From sequence record SRR31147125_2715: DNA of 34,847 nt; one strand, given 5' to 3'. The notes under the pieces are model-generated. The model made no database searches and had not been told where the DNA came from. It saw only the letters and a program-made list of their open reading frames with translations. Below are positions 1 to 11,388 of this stretch, one piece after another. Numbering within the stretch: position 1 is the first letter of the stretch; the number at the start of each line of letters is the position of its first letter. The position numbers were made by a program, and so were the translations under genes.

Positions 1-1932
1 AACGAGGCTCGTCAGCTTTATGGAGTCTTTTTGATCTTCAAACAATTTAAGTTCCAGGGCTTTTTGTAATCGTTCATTGGTGCGAAAATCAAAACTTTTG
101 CCATCCAGTGAAAGAGCACCGATATAATTCATGATTTCCCGTCGAAAGTCTTCCTTGCGGCTTTCCGGAATATCAATTTTTTCCTCAATGGACCGCATGA
201 GTCTTTCGTCTGGTTCTTCAGCCTGACCCGTATACCGATTTTTCACCTTTTCCTTTTGTGTATATGCTTTGATATTATCGATGTAATTGGCACATAGTCT
301 GCTCAAGGCCTCTTCATCCGCGGCAATAGCCCGTTGCACTTCATTCTTGACAATATCTTCATATTCCTCTTTGACAACAGCCAACAAATCACGATACATC
401 ATTCGTGTTTCTTCAGAGGAGATAAGAATATGATGCGCCAGTCCTGCTTCCAATTCATTCATGACCATAAAGGGATTTACGCAACTTTCGGTTTCATTGA
501 CCAGGGCGTTTGAAATCTTGTCCTGAATGTACCTTGGTGATATACCTTCGAGTCCTTCACGCTGTGCTTCTGTCTTGAGCTCTTTAACACTGTCCTCAGT
601 AAAACCGGGCAGTGTTTTGCCATTGTAAAGTTTCAGTTTTTGCATAAGCGTCAGCTGGGCTCGTTTGGGCTCTTTCAAACGTGTCAGGACAGCCCACATA
701 GCCGCCATCTCGATGGTATGCGGTGCAATGTGTTTTCCTTTTATTTTTCCTTCGCTAAAATCTTTTTCATAGATCTTTATTTCATTTTCCAACCTGGTAA
801 TATAAGGGATATCAATTTTTACAGTTCGGTCTCTTAATGCTTCCATGAACTCATTATTCTGCAATTTTCGGTACTCTGGTTCATTGGTATGACCGATAAT
901 AACCTCATCTATATCTGTCTGGGGAAACTTTTTCGGTTTGATTTTGTGCTCCTGCGACGCACCAAGGAGATCATACAGAAAAGCCACATCCAGTTTTAAC
1001 ACTTCAATAAATTCAATCAGACCTCTATTGGCGATATTAAATTCTCCATCAAAATTAAAAGCCCTGGGATCGGAATCCGATCCATAAAGGGCTATTTTGC
1101 GATAATTGATGTCGCCTGTCAACTCTGTAGAATCCTGATTTTTCTCATCCTTGGGTTGAAAAGTACCGATACAGATGCGATCTTTTTCAGAAAAAACCAG
1201 TCGGCGTACCTTGACTTCCTGAACGACCTTGCCCCAGTTGCCATTATACTGATTCAGATATAGCCAATAATAATGCCGACAAAATGGACAAAGATCCCCT
1301 TGCAGGACGGTTGAATTGTCTTCGAAAGCGAGATCCATCTCTGAAAGAACCTGTTTGCGAAATTCAAGTGGTAAAAGATGAACAGGGTCTTCGTGCATGG
1401 GACAACTTTCCCAGTGTTCTTTACCTTCCTCATCCGTAACACGCCAGTCATAGGAATAAACAGCACCTTCATCTGTTTTGGTGTAATCCTCCAGCCCTTT
1501 TTTAAGCAGAGAAACAATGGTACTCTTGGCACTGCCCACAGGTCCGTGTAATAACAGCACACGATTTTGAGTTCCATAACTGTTAGCAGCAGATTTAAAC
1601 AGATGGGTGAGCTTCATTAATGAACGATCCAATCCATATACAGCATCGCGCCCTCCGTGTAATGGATCATCGAAAAATTTGTAATGTAATATCTTTTCCT
1701 TATTCTCCTCATACTCACTCACCCCATGAGAGAGGATCATATCATATATTCGCTGAAAAGCGGTCCGCAATACAGCTGGATTCTTTTTCACAATATCTAA
1801 ATAATCCTGAAAAGATCCGCTCCAATTAAGCTGTTCATAATACGTGTTATCACACAATTCCTGAATACGCTTAAAAAGGTTAGGATTCTCGTCTTTCTTT
1901 TGAATATTTGTATTTTGATTCATATTATCCAT
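1..1932 (-). CDS. prkA: PrkA/YeaG-family serine protein kinase (AAA+), 3' end runs off the window
   Basis: Absent from the ORF track. Manual translation from ATG 1932 (GGAGG RBS upstream) gives Walker [14 protein letters not shown] and the PrkA motifs [40 protein letters not shown] and EGISPRY. The frame is open to base 1 (...[18 protein letters not shown]). Confidence 0.95.
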   Translation of the reverse strand, partial: MDNMNQNTNIQKKDENPNLFKRIQELCDNTYYEQLNWSGSFQDYLDIVKKNPAVLRTAFQRIYDMILSHGVSEYEENKEKILHYKFFDDPLHGGRDAVYGLDRSLMKLTHLFKSAANSYGTQNRVLLLHGPVGSAKSTIVSLLKKGLEDYTKTDEGAVYSYDWRVTDEEGKEHWESCPMHEDPVHLLPLEFRKQVLSEMDLAFEDNSTVLQGDLCPFCRHYYWLYLNQYNGNWGKVVQEVKVRRLVFSEKDRICIGTFQPKDEKNQDSTELTGDINYRKIALYGSDSDPRAFNFDGEFNIANRGLIEFIEVLKLDVAFLYDLLGASQEHKIKPKKFPQTDIDEVIIGHTNEPEYRKLQNNEFMEALRDRTVKIDIPYITRLENEIKIYEKDFSEGKIKGKHIAPHTIEMAAMWAVLTRLKEPKRAQLTLMQKLKLYNGKTLPGFTEDSVKELKTEAQREGLEGISPRYIQDKISNALVNETESCVNPFMVMNELEAGLAHHILISSEETRMMYRDLLAVVKEEYEDIVKNEVQRAIAADEEALSRLCANYIDNIKAYTQKEKVKNRYTGQAEEPDERLMRSIEEKIDIPESRKEDFRREIMNYIGALSLDGKSFDFRTNERLQKALELKLFEDQKDSIKLTSLV

Positions 1933-2698
1933 AATATCCTCCACGCAAATAAGTTAGATTCTTGTTTTTACATGTGTTGGATATAATATCATATTTGCTA
2001 AAATCATTTATCATCCTTCTCTCACTATATAAAACTCTGAAAAGAATACAATAGTTTCATAAATGCAAAAACTTAATTTCAACTCTTCTGTAGTTAATAC
2101 ATTTCTACTTGAAATAATTCCTCATAATATTCAGTTTTTTTATCATCGTCCTTTTTTCAGTTATTTATTTTCTTTTTGATTCTGTTGCAAAATCAGTAAT
2201 AATATTATAGTTAATCAAAATTCCAGTAACATTATTACCCCTCTATTACCTTTAACAATTAATTCCTTAATTTATGCTCCATTTATGAATATATTACGCA
2301 ATTCACAGCACATTTATTAATTTTCCCTATTCTAAAAAATCATCCTTGATTTTCAGAAATAATGTAAACTGATCCACGCCAAAGTCACATTTCCTTGTGA
2401 AAAATAATTAATGTCCACAGATTTTGTTTTTCGAATTCCTGATTCCCATGTTCATAGTAAAATAAATATTTACTTTTCATTAATTTATTAATGCAATTTC
2501 TTTAAGGTTGGAGGGTAAGATTCATTTAAATATCTAATATAGATGTTGGATTATAGAATTAAGGTGGGTAAAAGTATAAATTGCTGATAAAAAAGATAAA
2601 AAAAGGGATTCGACAACCTGGACGACCCTTTAAAAATCATCTTATAAGCGTATAATTAACAGCAGGCAGAGGTGGGACAATAAAAAAGAAACGGAATC

Positions 2699-4801
2699 CT
2701 ATTTTTCTTTATGAAAAGGTAAAAAAACGATTTTAAAAGCTGTACCATTGCTGGTGTCAAGTTCAATGTGACCATTAATTTGTCTTGTCAGGTTCGTAAC
2801 CAGCTGAAGGCCTAGCGTGACTGTTTCTCTAAAATCAATTTTTACTGGAATCCCAATCCCATCATCACTAATTTTTAGTATGTATCGCCCCTCTTTGCAC
2901 TTGAAATCGACACGAATAATACCGTGATTCTGATTTGGAAAAGCATATTTTAAAGAATTCGTCACCAATTCAGTGATAATAAGACCACAGGGAATAACGG
3001 TATCGATTCCTAAAGATACATTTTCCACACGAGTTTTGATCTGTACTACACTCTGTTCAGGAAGGTAACTTTGATGCAGGAAAGCGGTTAACGCTGTAAT
3101 GTATTCCTGCACATTAATTTCCCCAAGATTATCTGCATTGTAAAGAGTTTCATGCACGAGAGCCATGGTCCTGATGCGGTTTTGGCTTGCTTTAAAAACA
3201 TTTTTTGCAAGCTCATCCTGAATAAAACCAGACTGAAGATTCAGCAAACTGGATATAACCTGCATATTATTTTTAACCCGGTGGTGAATTTCTTTTAACA
3301 GAACATTTTTCTCCTTTAAGGCCGACGCAATTTGCTCCTCGATTTGTTTTCGTACCGTAATATCTTCAATAACGCTAATATAATATTTGAATTCATTTGA
3401 AGGATTTTTAAGCACAGTTGCCCGAAGTTTCACCCAGATAATCGATTTGTCTTTACGGATGTACCTTTTTTCCAAAGTAAAGGAATTCATATTGTCAGCC
3501 TCAACCTGGCGCCCCAACTCGATACTTTCCGGGAGATCATCTGGATGTGTGAGATCTCTAAAATTCATTTTTAAAATTTCATCCTGAGAATAACCAACGA
3601 TATCGCAAAACATTTTGTTTGCCTTTATGAATCGCCCGTCAGCTGACACATTTGTTATTCCAATAAAAGCTTTTTCAAAAATAACCCGAAATTTTTCTTC
3701 ACTCTCTTTTAGCATGGCTGCCGAGTGGAGTCGCTCTTCTTCTGATGCTATGGCCGAGGCAACAAGACTCAGAAACCATTCATCCTCCTTAGATGGCACA
3801 GTATCCTTTTCATACCAGACACAGATGGTTCCTATCTTTTCATTAAACAACTTGACTACTTTGCCAACATAGGTGGTTACATTAAATGCCAGTATGGCTG
3901 GATCTTCTGCGGCATATTTGCTGTTTGGTAAATCACGAACGATTTTTAACTGATCATTCGTCTCTTTAAGCAGGTCAGAACAAATACGCCCTTTAGGTCG
4001 TCCGTGTGAATCGCCACAAAATTCATTACCCCAAAGTCCAATGGTACAGAGTTTGCCATCTTCAAGTCTGTTATACAGGGCTAATTTAGCTCCCATTTCC
4101 TCTCCGCAGAGCGAAACCATTTTTATTATATTTTCCAGTGGATCATGGCCGAGATTCACTAAACAATCATTCAACTTTTCCAGACGGTTTTCTGTTTGCT
4201 TTCGTCTGGTGATATCCCGAAGCGTACCCACAACTTTAACGGGTTTATCATCCTCATCCGTAATAATCATGGCATTAGCTGAAAAGGGCACAAAACGGCC
4301 ATCCTTATCTTTCAGAACAAATTCATAATCAATGACTTTTCCATACATTGCAAGGGCTTTTAGAAATTCCCCACGACTTTCCGGGTAAGCATATACCTTA
4401 TAGATGGATGTTCCAATTAATTCTTCTCTGGTATATTTTGTCAGATGCTTTACAGCCTCATTTAATTCGATGATAATACCGTCTATACGCACCTCATAAT
4501 AAACATCCTGGATATTCTGAAATATCGTACGGTATTTCTGTTCGCTTATTCGCAGTGCCTGCTCTGCCCATTTTCGTTTCCTTGTGCTTTTCAGCACAAA
4601 AATATTCATCGTAATAAAAAGGGCGAGAAAGATTAAATGTAAAAAACCTTTAATAGAAAGCAGCTTCAGCCCGAACTCGCATCCAAATAAATTGTTATCA
4701 AAAAGTATATAATCCAACGCCCAGTCAAATATCCAGAACATCGACCCAAAGAAAAAGAAAAGAATAAGAATATAAGATTTGTTTTTCATTACTTTTACCA
4801 T
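2699..4801 (-). CDS. Membrane-anchored PAS-GAF-PAS sensor histidine kinase (HisKA_2/HWE type)
   Basis: Two N-terminal hydrophobic segments, two PAS/PAC repeats (SEQKYRTIF...RDITRRK; SEEKFRVIF...EDITVRK) and a GAF between them. H-box LLKEIHHRVKNNMQVISSLL; ELVTNSLKYAF, SDDGIG and LGLQLV boxes. Confidence 0.92.
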   Translation of the reverse strand: MVKVMKNKSYILILFFFFGSMFWIFDWALDYILFDNNLFGCEFGLKLLSIKGFLHLIFLALFITMNIFVLKSTRKRKWAEQALRISEQKYRTIFQNIQDVYYEVRIDGIIIELNEAVKHLTKYTREELIGTSIYKVYAYPESRGEFLKALAMYGKVIDYEFVLKDKDGRFVPFSANAMIITDEDDKPVKVVGTLRDITRRKQTENRLEKLNDCLVNLGHDPLENIIKMVSLCGEEMGAKLALYNRLEDGKLCTIGLWGNEFCGDSHGRPKGRICSDLLKETNDQLKIVRDLPNSKYAAEDPAILAFNVTTYVGKVVKLFNEKIGTICVWYEKDTVPSKEDEWFLSLVASAIASEEERLHSAAMLKESEEKFRVIFEKAFIGITNVSADGRFIKANKMFCDIVGYSQDEILKMNFRDLTHPDDLPESIELGRQVEADNMNSFTLEKRYIRKDKSIIWVKLRATVLKNPSNEFKYYISVIEDITVRKQIEEQIASALKEKNVLLKEIHHRVKNNMQVISSLLNLQSGFIQDELAKNVFKASQNRIRTMALVHETLYNADNLGEINVQEYITALTAFLHQSYLPEQSVVQIKTRVENVSLGIDTVIPCGLIITELVTNSLKYAFPNQNHGIIRVDFKCKEGRYILKISDDGIGIPVKIDFRETVTLGLQLVTNLTRQINGHIELDTSNGTAFKIVFLPFHKEK

Positions 4802-5487
4802 TTGCCAGGACTATGTCCTAAACCGACTGTCTGAATTTATATTGTTTTTTGTCAGTATAAAAGTGAGACAATTTAATCCATACTCTCACGGTGTTTTTCC
4901 CTATACAAACCAGTCTTGACCAATTCCATGTTAGAAAAGATTCATCCTTAAATGTAGAACAATCTACAATAATCAAGCCAGGAGAGGTCTTATCTTGAAA
5001 CAGCCTTATACTATAATATTTTCTTGTTTTACACATTCAATTAAAAAAGAGGATATTAATATTTGGGGCATGAGGGGGACATGAAAAGATACGAACGAAT
5101 CCTTTGTGCACACACGTAATTTTCAGCCATAGATCCCAAATATACACAGTCTTTATAATTCAGCCATATAGCGAACATTTTTAGATTGCTACGTGGGTAT
5201 TGGCCATCTGACGTAATCTGCCAATCAAAATTATTATAATTTACACACGTTACCAACACTCTGGCAATCCGTGCAAAAATAGATTCTTCTGGTTTTGTAC
5301 GTGGCCAAATAAATTTTCTGCAATAGGATTTTTGGATAATGCGGTTAAAAATAACGTACGTTTTTACAGACAGAATAAAACGCACTGATTCTGGCAATTT
5401 TTCCGGGGAAAAAAGGGATTCGTTTATCACTGGATGAAAAAAGGACACATTGACAGAAACGCTATCACAGATACAGGAATTTAAAAT

Positions 5488-5931
5488 TTATCGAAACTTT
5501 CCCTGTTCCCGTAATTTCGCTTCAATCGATATTTCTGTATGTGGAATTGCCTCCAGCCTCTCTTTGGCAATTGGCTTGCCAGTGGCCCTGCAAATTCCAT
5601 AGGTTTTATTTTCTATACGTTGTAAGGCTCTGTCCAGATACCCAATCAACTTTTTCTCGCGATCAATCATAATATAGATTCGCTCACGTTCCATGGCATC
5701 TGTTGCAGCATCAGCCATATGAAGACTGTAAGCCGAATCACTATCCAGTTGATCCCGATTTTCAGTGGCAAGTTGTTTCCTTAATCCTTCAATTTCCTTG
5801 ACTGCTTCTTCTCTCTTTTCTATTACAAGATTGCGAAAATACTCGAGTTCAACATCACTAAATGGCGATTTTGCTTGTTTCGCTGTCTGATCAGCTTCTG
5901 CTTGACGGATCTGACGATCTTGCCTACCCAT
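5488..5931 (-). CDS. DksA/TraR-family RNA polymerase-binding protein, single-Cys variant
   Basis: Coiled coil with HMADAATD tip, then ALQRIENKTYGICRATGKPIAKERLEAIP. The start is placed at ATG 5931 after GAGGGG. Confidence 0.88.
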   Translation of the reverse strand: MGRQDRQIRQAEADQTAKQAKSPFSDVELEYFRNLVIEKREEAVKEIEGLRKQLATENRDQLDSDSAYSLHMADAATDAMERERIYIMIDREKKLIGYLDRALQRIENKTYGICRATGKPIAKERLEAIPHTEISIEAKLREQGKFR

Positions 5932-6022
5932 AGTTTCACCCCTCACCTTTTTTGGTTATAAATACAATAATAGCTGTAATAAAGTTACTTTCCTTAAATG
6001 TTATATTGTTACCTTTAAATAG

Positions 6023-6063
6023 AAAAAGGCACATAAAGTCTGACATTAACTTTTAGTGTACCT
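6023..6063 (-). terminator. Intrinsic-terminator-like hairpin in the leader of the DksA-like gene
   Basis: Minus strand AGGTACACTAAAAGTT...GACTTTATGTGCCT followed by TTTT. Confidence 0.5.
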
Positions 6064-6127
6064 CCATTTCAAAGTAGAGCAAAGTTATATTAGCTTTTTT
6101 TCCTGCTTGTATTTCTTAACCGATCAG

Positions 6128-6156
6128 ATTATAAGAAAATGATTAATTATATACAA
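6128..6156 (-). promoter_or_regulatory. sigma70-type promoter upstream of the DksA-like gene
   Basis: TTGTAT-17 nt-TATAAT on the minus strand. Confidence 0.5.
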
Positions 6157-6481
6157 GTAAAAAATATCATTTTTCAACAAATTTCCTTTTTTTGATGATG
6201 TGGATATACATAAAATTACAGATAAACACCTTAAGCATTTTTTTTATGACAGATGAATTTTGTCACAAAGCCCCCTGCTTCCATACCAAAAAATTCTCCA
6301 TGGTAATCACGCAGGCTAAAATTGCTCCTTTATTATAAAAATATTTTTAATACCCGTGTCTGTTAATACAACCGTAATAGATGTGTATCATTTATATGAT
6401 ATAATCATGCACGACAATATATCTGATAATTGGCCAATAAACTTTTCCCCCATGGGAATCCTTTTTTTACAGGACTGATCT

Positions 6482-8503
6482 TTACGTCATTTTTACTAAT
6501 CGCGCAATCTCACTTCTTTTTTGGTTCTCCAGTCGTGTGATCTTGGGTTGTGCCAGGCCAAACAAGAATCCCTGCGCATATCTAACATTTAATTTATTTA
6601 CCATCTCACTCAAGAGAATATTACTCTTGTTATCAATACCTTCGACAATAACCCGAATGCCGCCTACGATTGCAATATTCCTCAAGCTATGCAGGTAACG
6701 AATGACCTGCATCCCAAGTTTATGTTCATAATGTAGCACATCCCGGTCTATTTTCACGTAACTGGGCAACAGGCGATTCAACCTGGAAATGGAAGAATAA
6801 CCAACTCCGAAATCATCAATCGCAAATTGAATCCCAAAAGATGAGGACAGATCTTCCATAAAACCCCTGAATTCATCAAGATTATGGGCAAGACCGCCAT
6901 CCAGATTTAATGAAGATATGAGAATCTTTTCGCTAATTTCAAAGATCACGCTATCATCATCTGACAATAACGTCTCTTGTACCAATTTTTTTAATTCATT
7001 GCGAAAAGTTGGACTCGTGATTGAGTCTGGATAGACATTCACCGAAAGAGGAGCCCTTTCATTCCTCCTTCGTGTCTGTGGAATATAGGATTCAAGTGCC
7101 CTTCTGAGGCACACCATATCGATCTGCGTCTGAAATTGAATGCCCCACAATTCAGCGGCCTTGAATAATTCAACAGGGATTTTTTTTGTTTTTTTATCAC
7201 GTGCCAGAGCTTCCCAACTTTTTATATAAATATCTTCCTCCGAATTGGCAAGATGCACAATTGGTTGAAAATAAATATCCACGTCAACCAAAGATTCACA
7301 AAAAGCATTAAATCGTTTATCGTACATTCCCGGACTCACAAATTTATAAACACCTTTAATACCATCATATATAGCGGATCGTATCACTTTTTCAGGCTTG
7401 AGTTTATGAAAACCATCCGATACTTTGTAAAGACTATTCAATATTGTTCCGATAACATTTTCAATATTATTTTTCTTTTCTTCAGAAAATCCATATAAAA
7501 CGATAATGGAAAATGTTATGTGATTGATAATGGGTACGATAACACAATATTCGTTTTTTAACACAGGAATATCCAGAGGCATAAACATACCATGAGGAGA
7601 ATCATGCTTGAACACATCCGGATTCATAGATCGTAATTTATTATTAAATTCAACAGCTGTCAAATTATCTGCAAAATGCATGGATTTGCTTTCAAAGATA
7701 ATTTGAGAGTGATTCTGCTTACTTTCAGCGTAGTAAACCAGGTCCACACCAAATAACTTTCGTAACACATCCATAATAAAAATACCGGATTTTTCATATT
7801 GATTGACATGACGCTGATTCAGCTCCTTTAACAGCTCTTCAATGAAATAATCATATTTATCTAACAGGCCGGGCAAGGGCGTCATCTCGGTACGTGAAGA
7901 TACGTCTATAGCAGATTCCTTTAATTTAGGCATACCAGAATGAGCGAAATACGTGGAAGCAGGTAATTGTAATTCTCTGAGCTTTTGTTTATACAGACCA
8001 TATTTCTGTTCTTTTTGAACTGGCGGGAAATTGGCTTGCCTGGTAAAATCCTCGATGGACACACGTAAACCTTCAGAAATATTATAAAAGGCAGCATCCG
8101 GATTTTTCCATTCGCTCACAGGTTTGGCATTTTGTGGCAGAATATTTAAACGGTTAAAAAAAGTATTATGCCATTCCACAGGACGAAGATAAATTGGAAT
8201 AACGAGCGCTTCTTCCGATTCATGACGTTCCATAGCGATATTAAGTTCATCGCCATAATAATAATCGGATTCCAGGAATTCGTCACTGATAAGAAACAGT
8301 ATAATCTGGGAGGACAAGATATGATCATCAATGTCGCTAATCAATTCTTTCTGTGCATTTATTCGATGATCATGCCACTCAAGTATAAATCCCTGATGCC
8401 TTAAAAAATTGAGCCGTTTTACGAGTTGGTTTCGAAATTCTTCATCTTTATGGGAGTATGAAAAAAATATCTTGATTGGGTAAAAAAGTGAATTCACCTG
8501 CAT
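6482..8503 (-). CDS. TIR domain - GAF-like region - EAL (c-di-GMP phosphodiesterase) fusion protein
   Basis: N-terminal TIR_2 motifs KIFFSYSHKD, ILFLISDEFLESDYYYGDEL and VIPIYLRPVEW. C-terminal EAL motifs YFQPIV, WEALAR, LSVNV, FEISE, IDDFGVGYSS, VKIDR, VEGID and QGFLF. Confidence 0.88.
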   Translation of the reverse strand: MQVNSLFYPIKIFFSYSHKDEEFRNQLVKRLNFLRHQGFILEWHDHRINAQKELISDIDDHILSSQIILFLISDEFLESDYYYGDELNIAMERHESEEALVIPIYLRPVEWHNTFFNRLNILPQNAKPVSEWKNPDAAFYNISEGLRVSIEDFTRQANFPPVQKEQKYGLYKQKLRELQLPASTYFAHSGMPKLKESAIDVSSRTEMTPLPGLLDKYDYFIEELLKELNQRHVNQYEKSGIFIMDVLRKLFGVDLVYYAESKQNHSQIIFESKSMHFADNLTAVEFNNKLRSMNPDVFKHDSPHGMFMPLDIPVLKNEYCVIVPIINHITFSIIVLYGFSEEKKNNIENVIGTILNSLYKVSDGFHKLKPEKVIRSAIYDGIKGVYKFVSPGMYDKRFNAFCESLVDVDIYFQPIVHLANSEEDIYIKSWEALARDKKTKKIPVELFKAAELWGIQFQTQIDMVCLRRALESYIPQTRRRNERAPLSVNVYPDSITSPTFRNELKKLVQETLLSDDDSVIFEISEKILISSLNLDGGLAHNLDEFRGFMEDLSSSFGIQFAIDDFGVGYSSISRLNRLLPSYVKIDRDVLHYEHKLGMQVIRYLHSLRNIAIVGGIRVIVEGIDNKSNILLSEMVNKLNVRYAQGFLFGLAQPKITRLENQKRSEIARLVKMT

Positions 8504-9656
8504 AATTTTGAACCCTTATATTATACAATACTTTTTAAAATAAAAACCAGAACATTCCGGTTTCTTACCTGTATTAAAAAAATACAAAAAAAGTTTCACA
8601 GCTAATATGCATGTAATCATGTATCGTTTACATCAACAAAACGAAAAACAGGTTGGAAACGGGAAAAAAATATTTTACATGATATCAAAATTATAATTTA
8701 TCTCAGCAGGACAAGGTTGTAACAACATGTTTTGGCAGGATAAGACTGATTGAATTGAGATGAGACGTTTGTAGCGTTTTCGTGTAACCGGGCAAGTCTA
8801 AAAAAATCTCAGTGCATGCGAATAATCCGGTCGTGCTGCAATAACAAGCGAAGAGAATTTACCAGAAATAACATAGCAAAAGCAGTAATCATTTATCCTT
8901 TTTTTTACGTCATTTTTCGCTATTTTCAACTCTGATAAAGAGCAAAATAATTGCAAAAACCAATTGGGGCTACATTCGATGATAGTCTTTATTCAGGCTA
9001 TTTAAAATAAATGACAACTTGAGATTGGTACATTCCATTCTTCAGTAGCCATTCTTACTATACTGATCTTTCCGAACACTTGCACATATTATATTAAAAA
9101 ACATTTTTATTTGGAAATCAGATTTTAAAAAGAGTAAATGGAATCAATCTATGCTTTTCCCACGATATTTAGCGAAAAAAGATCTTTTTATTTTATTACC
9201 CAAAGAGATAAAACATATGTGGAGCCAGGACACAGACACTATGTCCTTCCGTTGGTCCTATTTTTAGTATAAAACAAAAAATAGGTTGGATTGGAATAGC
9301 ACTCTTGTGGAACTTTTTCTATAACAAATTAAATCATTAATCTAATCCCGGAGATATCATTTTCAAAATCCTGACAGCACAATAAACATAAAAAAACACA
9401 GGTCAAATCTTGTTTTTCACAATTCTTCCATCCACTCCTCAAACAGCAAATAAATAAATAGTTGCACCATTCTTATCTTCCCAGACTTGCACCTATCAAT
9501 GACGGATTATACTGCATCCACATTTTGCTGTCTTATTTGAATTGCTTTTGCCCCCATTTATGTATACTATTCTCCCTTTTCTAATTACAAAAGGTAATGT
9601 AACGAATTTGGATCCACATACAAAATTTAGGTCCAATATTTTAATTCATTTATTTG

Positions 9657-9675
9657 ATAAATGAAAAACATTTTA
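9657..9675 (+). promoter_or_regulatory. Possible Fur box upstream of the porin
   Basis: AAATG-AAAAA-CATTT dyad; 12/19 match to GATAATGATAATCATTATC; about 30 nt before the ATG. Confidence 0.35.
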
Positions 9676-9706
9676 ATCCAACAACTATTAATATAAAGGA
9701 GTATCT

Positions 9707-10774
9707 ATGACTCTCATATACAAATCAATCAACACAATACTTATTCTTTTGAGTTTTTCACTGGTTCTTTACGCTCAGGACGAATTTTTCGAACCACATT
9801 CTACTATTGGTGGATATGGTGAATTGCATTATAATGACGATAGAACAAACGATAAGAAAATCCTCGATTTTCACAGATTTGTCTTGTTTTACGGTTATAC
9901 ATGGAATGATAAATGGTCCTTTAATTCCGAAGTAGAACTGGAACACAATTTTGTCAAAGGAGGACAAGGCGAACTGGAGTTAGAACAGGCCTATATCGAT
10001 TTCCATCCTTCAGAATATATTAGCTTTCAGGTTGGTGTTGTACTTCCATCTGTTGGACTCGTAAATGAATATCATGAACCGCCAAGATTCCTCAGTGTTG
10101 AAAGACCTGATTATGCCAAAAATATCATTCCCACAACATGGTTTGGCAATGGAGCCAGTGTATATGGTTCAGTAAAAGGCTTTGAATATAAAGCGACTAT
10201 TATGGAAGGTTTGAATGCGGATAATTTCAGCGCCAGTTCCGGAATAAGAGGTGGCCTCCTGAAAGGTTATAAAAGCAATGCAGAAGAATTGTTGTATAAT
10301 TTCAGATTAGACTATACAGGTCAATTGGGTGCACGAGTGGGTCTTTCTTATTCTTACAATGACGCTCTCTCTACAACAAACGGAACGATTGGCACCAGCA
10401 TTTTTGAAGCACATGCCCGATATCAGGCTCATAATATCTACAGTGTATTGGAATATGGTAAAATATCTTATGATACCGGCGATCTGGAATCATCCAAGGG
10501 ATTTTATATTGATCTCGGTTATAATGTCGGCTCATTTTTCAATTTCAAAACAGAACTCATTCCCTGGTTTAGATATACCGACCATAATACAGCACATAAA
10601 ACCAAAGCGGGTGGAGATCAGGATAAAGAATTTCACTTTACAAAATGGATGGTAGGACTATCTGTCAAGCCAATACCCAGTGTTGTTTTCAAGATTGATT
10701 ATGGCGTTCGTCAAAGAGAACTCGATGACGCAAGAACAAAGCTCTTTAATCTGGGTGCGGGTTATATGTTCTAA
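9707..10774 (+). CDS. Outer-membrane beta-barrel porin (OprO/P-like family)
   Basis: Signal peptide; IGGYGELHY, DFHRFVLF, SEVELEH and ELEQAYIDF motifs; alternating beta-strand pattern; C-terminal Phe (LGAGYMF); AAGGAG RBS. Confidence 0.8.
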   Translation: MTLIYKSINTILILLSFSLVLYAQDEFFEPHSTIGGYGELHYNDDRTNDKKILDFHRFVLFYGYTWNDKWSFNSEVELEHNFVKGGQGELELEQAYIDFHPSEYISFQVGVVLPSVGLVNEYHEPPRFLSVERPDYAKNIIPTTWFGNGASVYGSVKGFEYKATIMEGLNADNFSASSGIRGGLLKGYKSNAEELLYNFRLDYTGQLGARVGLSYSYNDALSTTNGTIGTSIFEAHARYQAHNIYSVLEYGKISYDTGDLESSKGFYIDLGYNVGSFFNFKTELIPWFRYTDHNTAHKTKAGGDQDKEFHFTKWMVGLSVKPIPSVVFKIDYGVRQRELDDARTKLFNLGAGYMF

Positions 10775-10785
10775 AAAAACAACTA

Positions 10786-10818
10786 CCCGGCCAGGATACA
10801 CCCACGTTCTGGCCGGGG
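10786..10818. other. GC-rich intergenic stem-loop between the porin and FMN-binding genes
   Basis: CCCGGCCAG(G)...(T)CTGGCCGGG inverted repeat with no U-tract. Confidence 0.5.
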
Positions 10819-10833
10819 ATTCAATTAAAGGCT

Positions 10834-11376
10834 TTGATAATGATCATAAAAAAACTTTTATTTATTCTCTTTTTCGTGCCCGTCATGGCCCTATCTGAAA
10901 GCCTGAAAGAGCAAGCTGAACAGGTCATTTTGAATCAGATGGGGACGGACGTCTCTCTGCACTTTGAAAAATACGACATTCCGGCAGATATTAAAACCCG
11001 CGTTCAAAATCAAAGCCGACAAAAATTTTACAGCCGTTTTGTCTATTTTTGGAAGATAACAAAAAACGATTCCCCGGTCGCACATGCCTTTCTTGATAAT
11101 GTTAAGGGGAAATCCGCGCTCATAACTTTTCTGGTGATTCTGGATAAAAATAATCAGATTCACTTTACAGACATACTGAAATACAGAGGATCACACGGCA
11201 GGAATGTAACACACAGAGGCTGGCTCGATTTATTTAATGGTAAAGATATGCATTCTGAATTCAATTATGGCGGGAACATTGATGCTGTGAGTGGAGCCAC
11301 TATTTCTGCACATGCCATGATTAAAGGGGTAAAAAAATGTCTTTACTTGTTTAAAGAAATACAACTAGCCGAATAA
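10834..11376 (+). CDS. Exported FMN-binding domain protein (ApbE flavinylation substrate, RnfG/NqrC-like domain)
   Basis: Signal peptide and the C-terminal flavinylation motif IDAVSGATISA. The exact start codon is uncertain. Confidence 0.85.
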   Translation: MIMIIKKLLFILFFVPVMALSESLKEQAEQVILNQMGTDVSLHFEKYDIPADIKTRVQNQSRQKFYSRFVYFWKITKNDSPVAHAFLDNVKGKSALITFLVILDKNNQIHFTDILKYRGSHGRNVTHRGWLDLFNGKDMHSEFNYGGNIDAVSGATISAHAMIKGVKKCLYLFKEIQLAE

Positions 11377-11388
11377 TAGTATGTACAA

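Noticed and set aside
640-1829. Small ORFs 640-837, 1254-1577 and 1620-1829
   Set aside because: They overlap the long prkA frame that the ORF track missed.
4818-5448. ORFs 4818-5036 and 5056-5448
   Set aside because: No recognisable motifs or convincing RBS; probably intergenic.
8504-9650. 1.1-kb AT-rich gap as a hidden gene or ncRNA
   Set aside because: I found only short frames and no convincing structure or repeat by eye.
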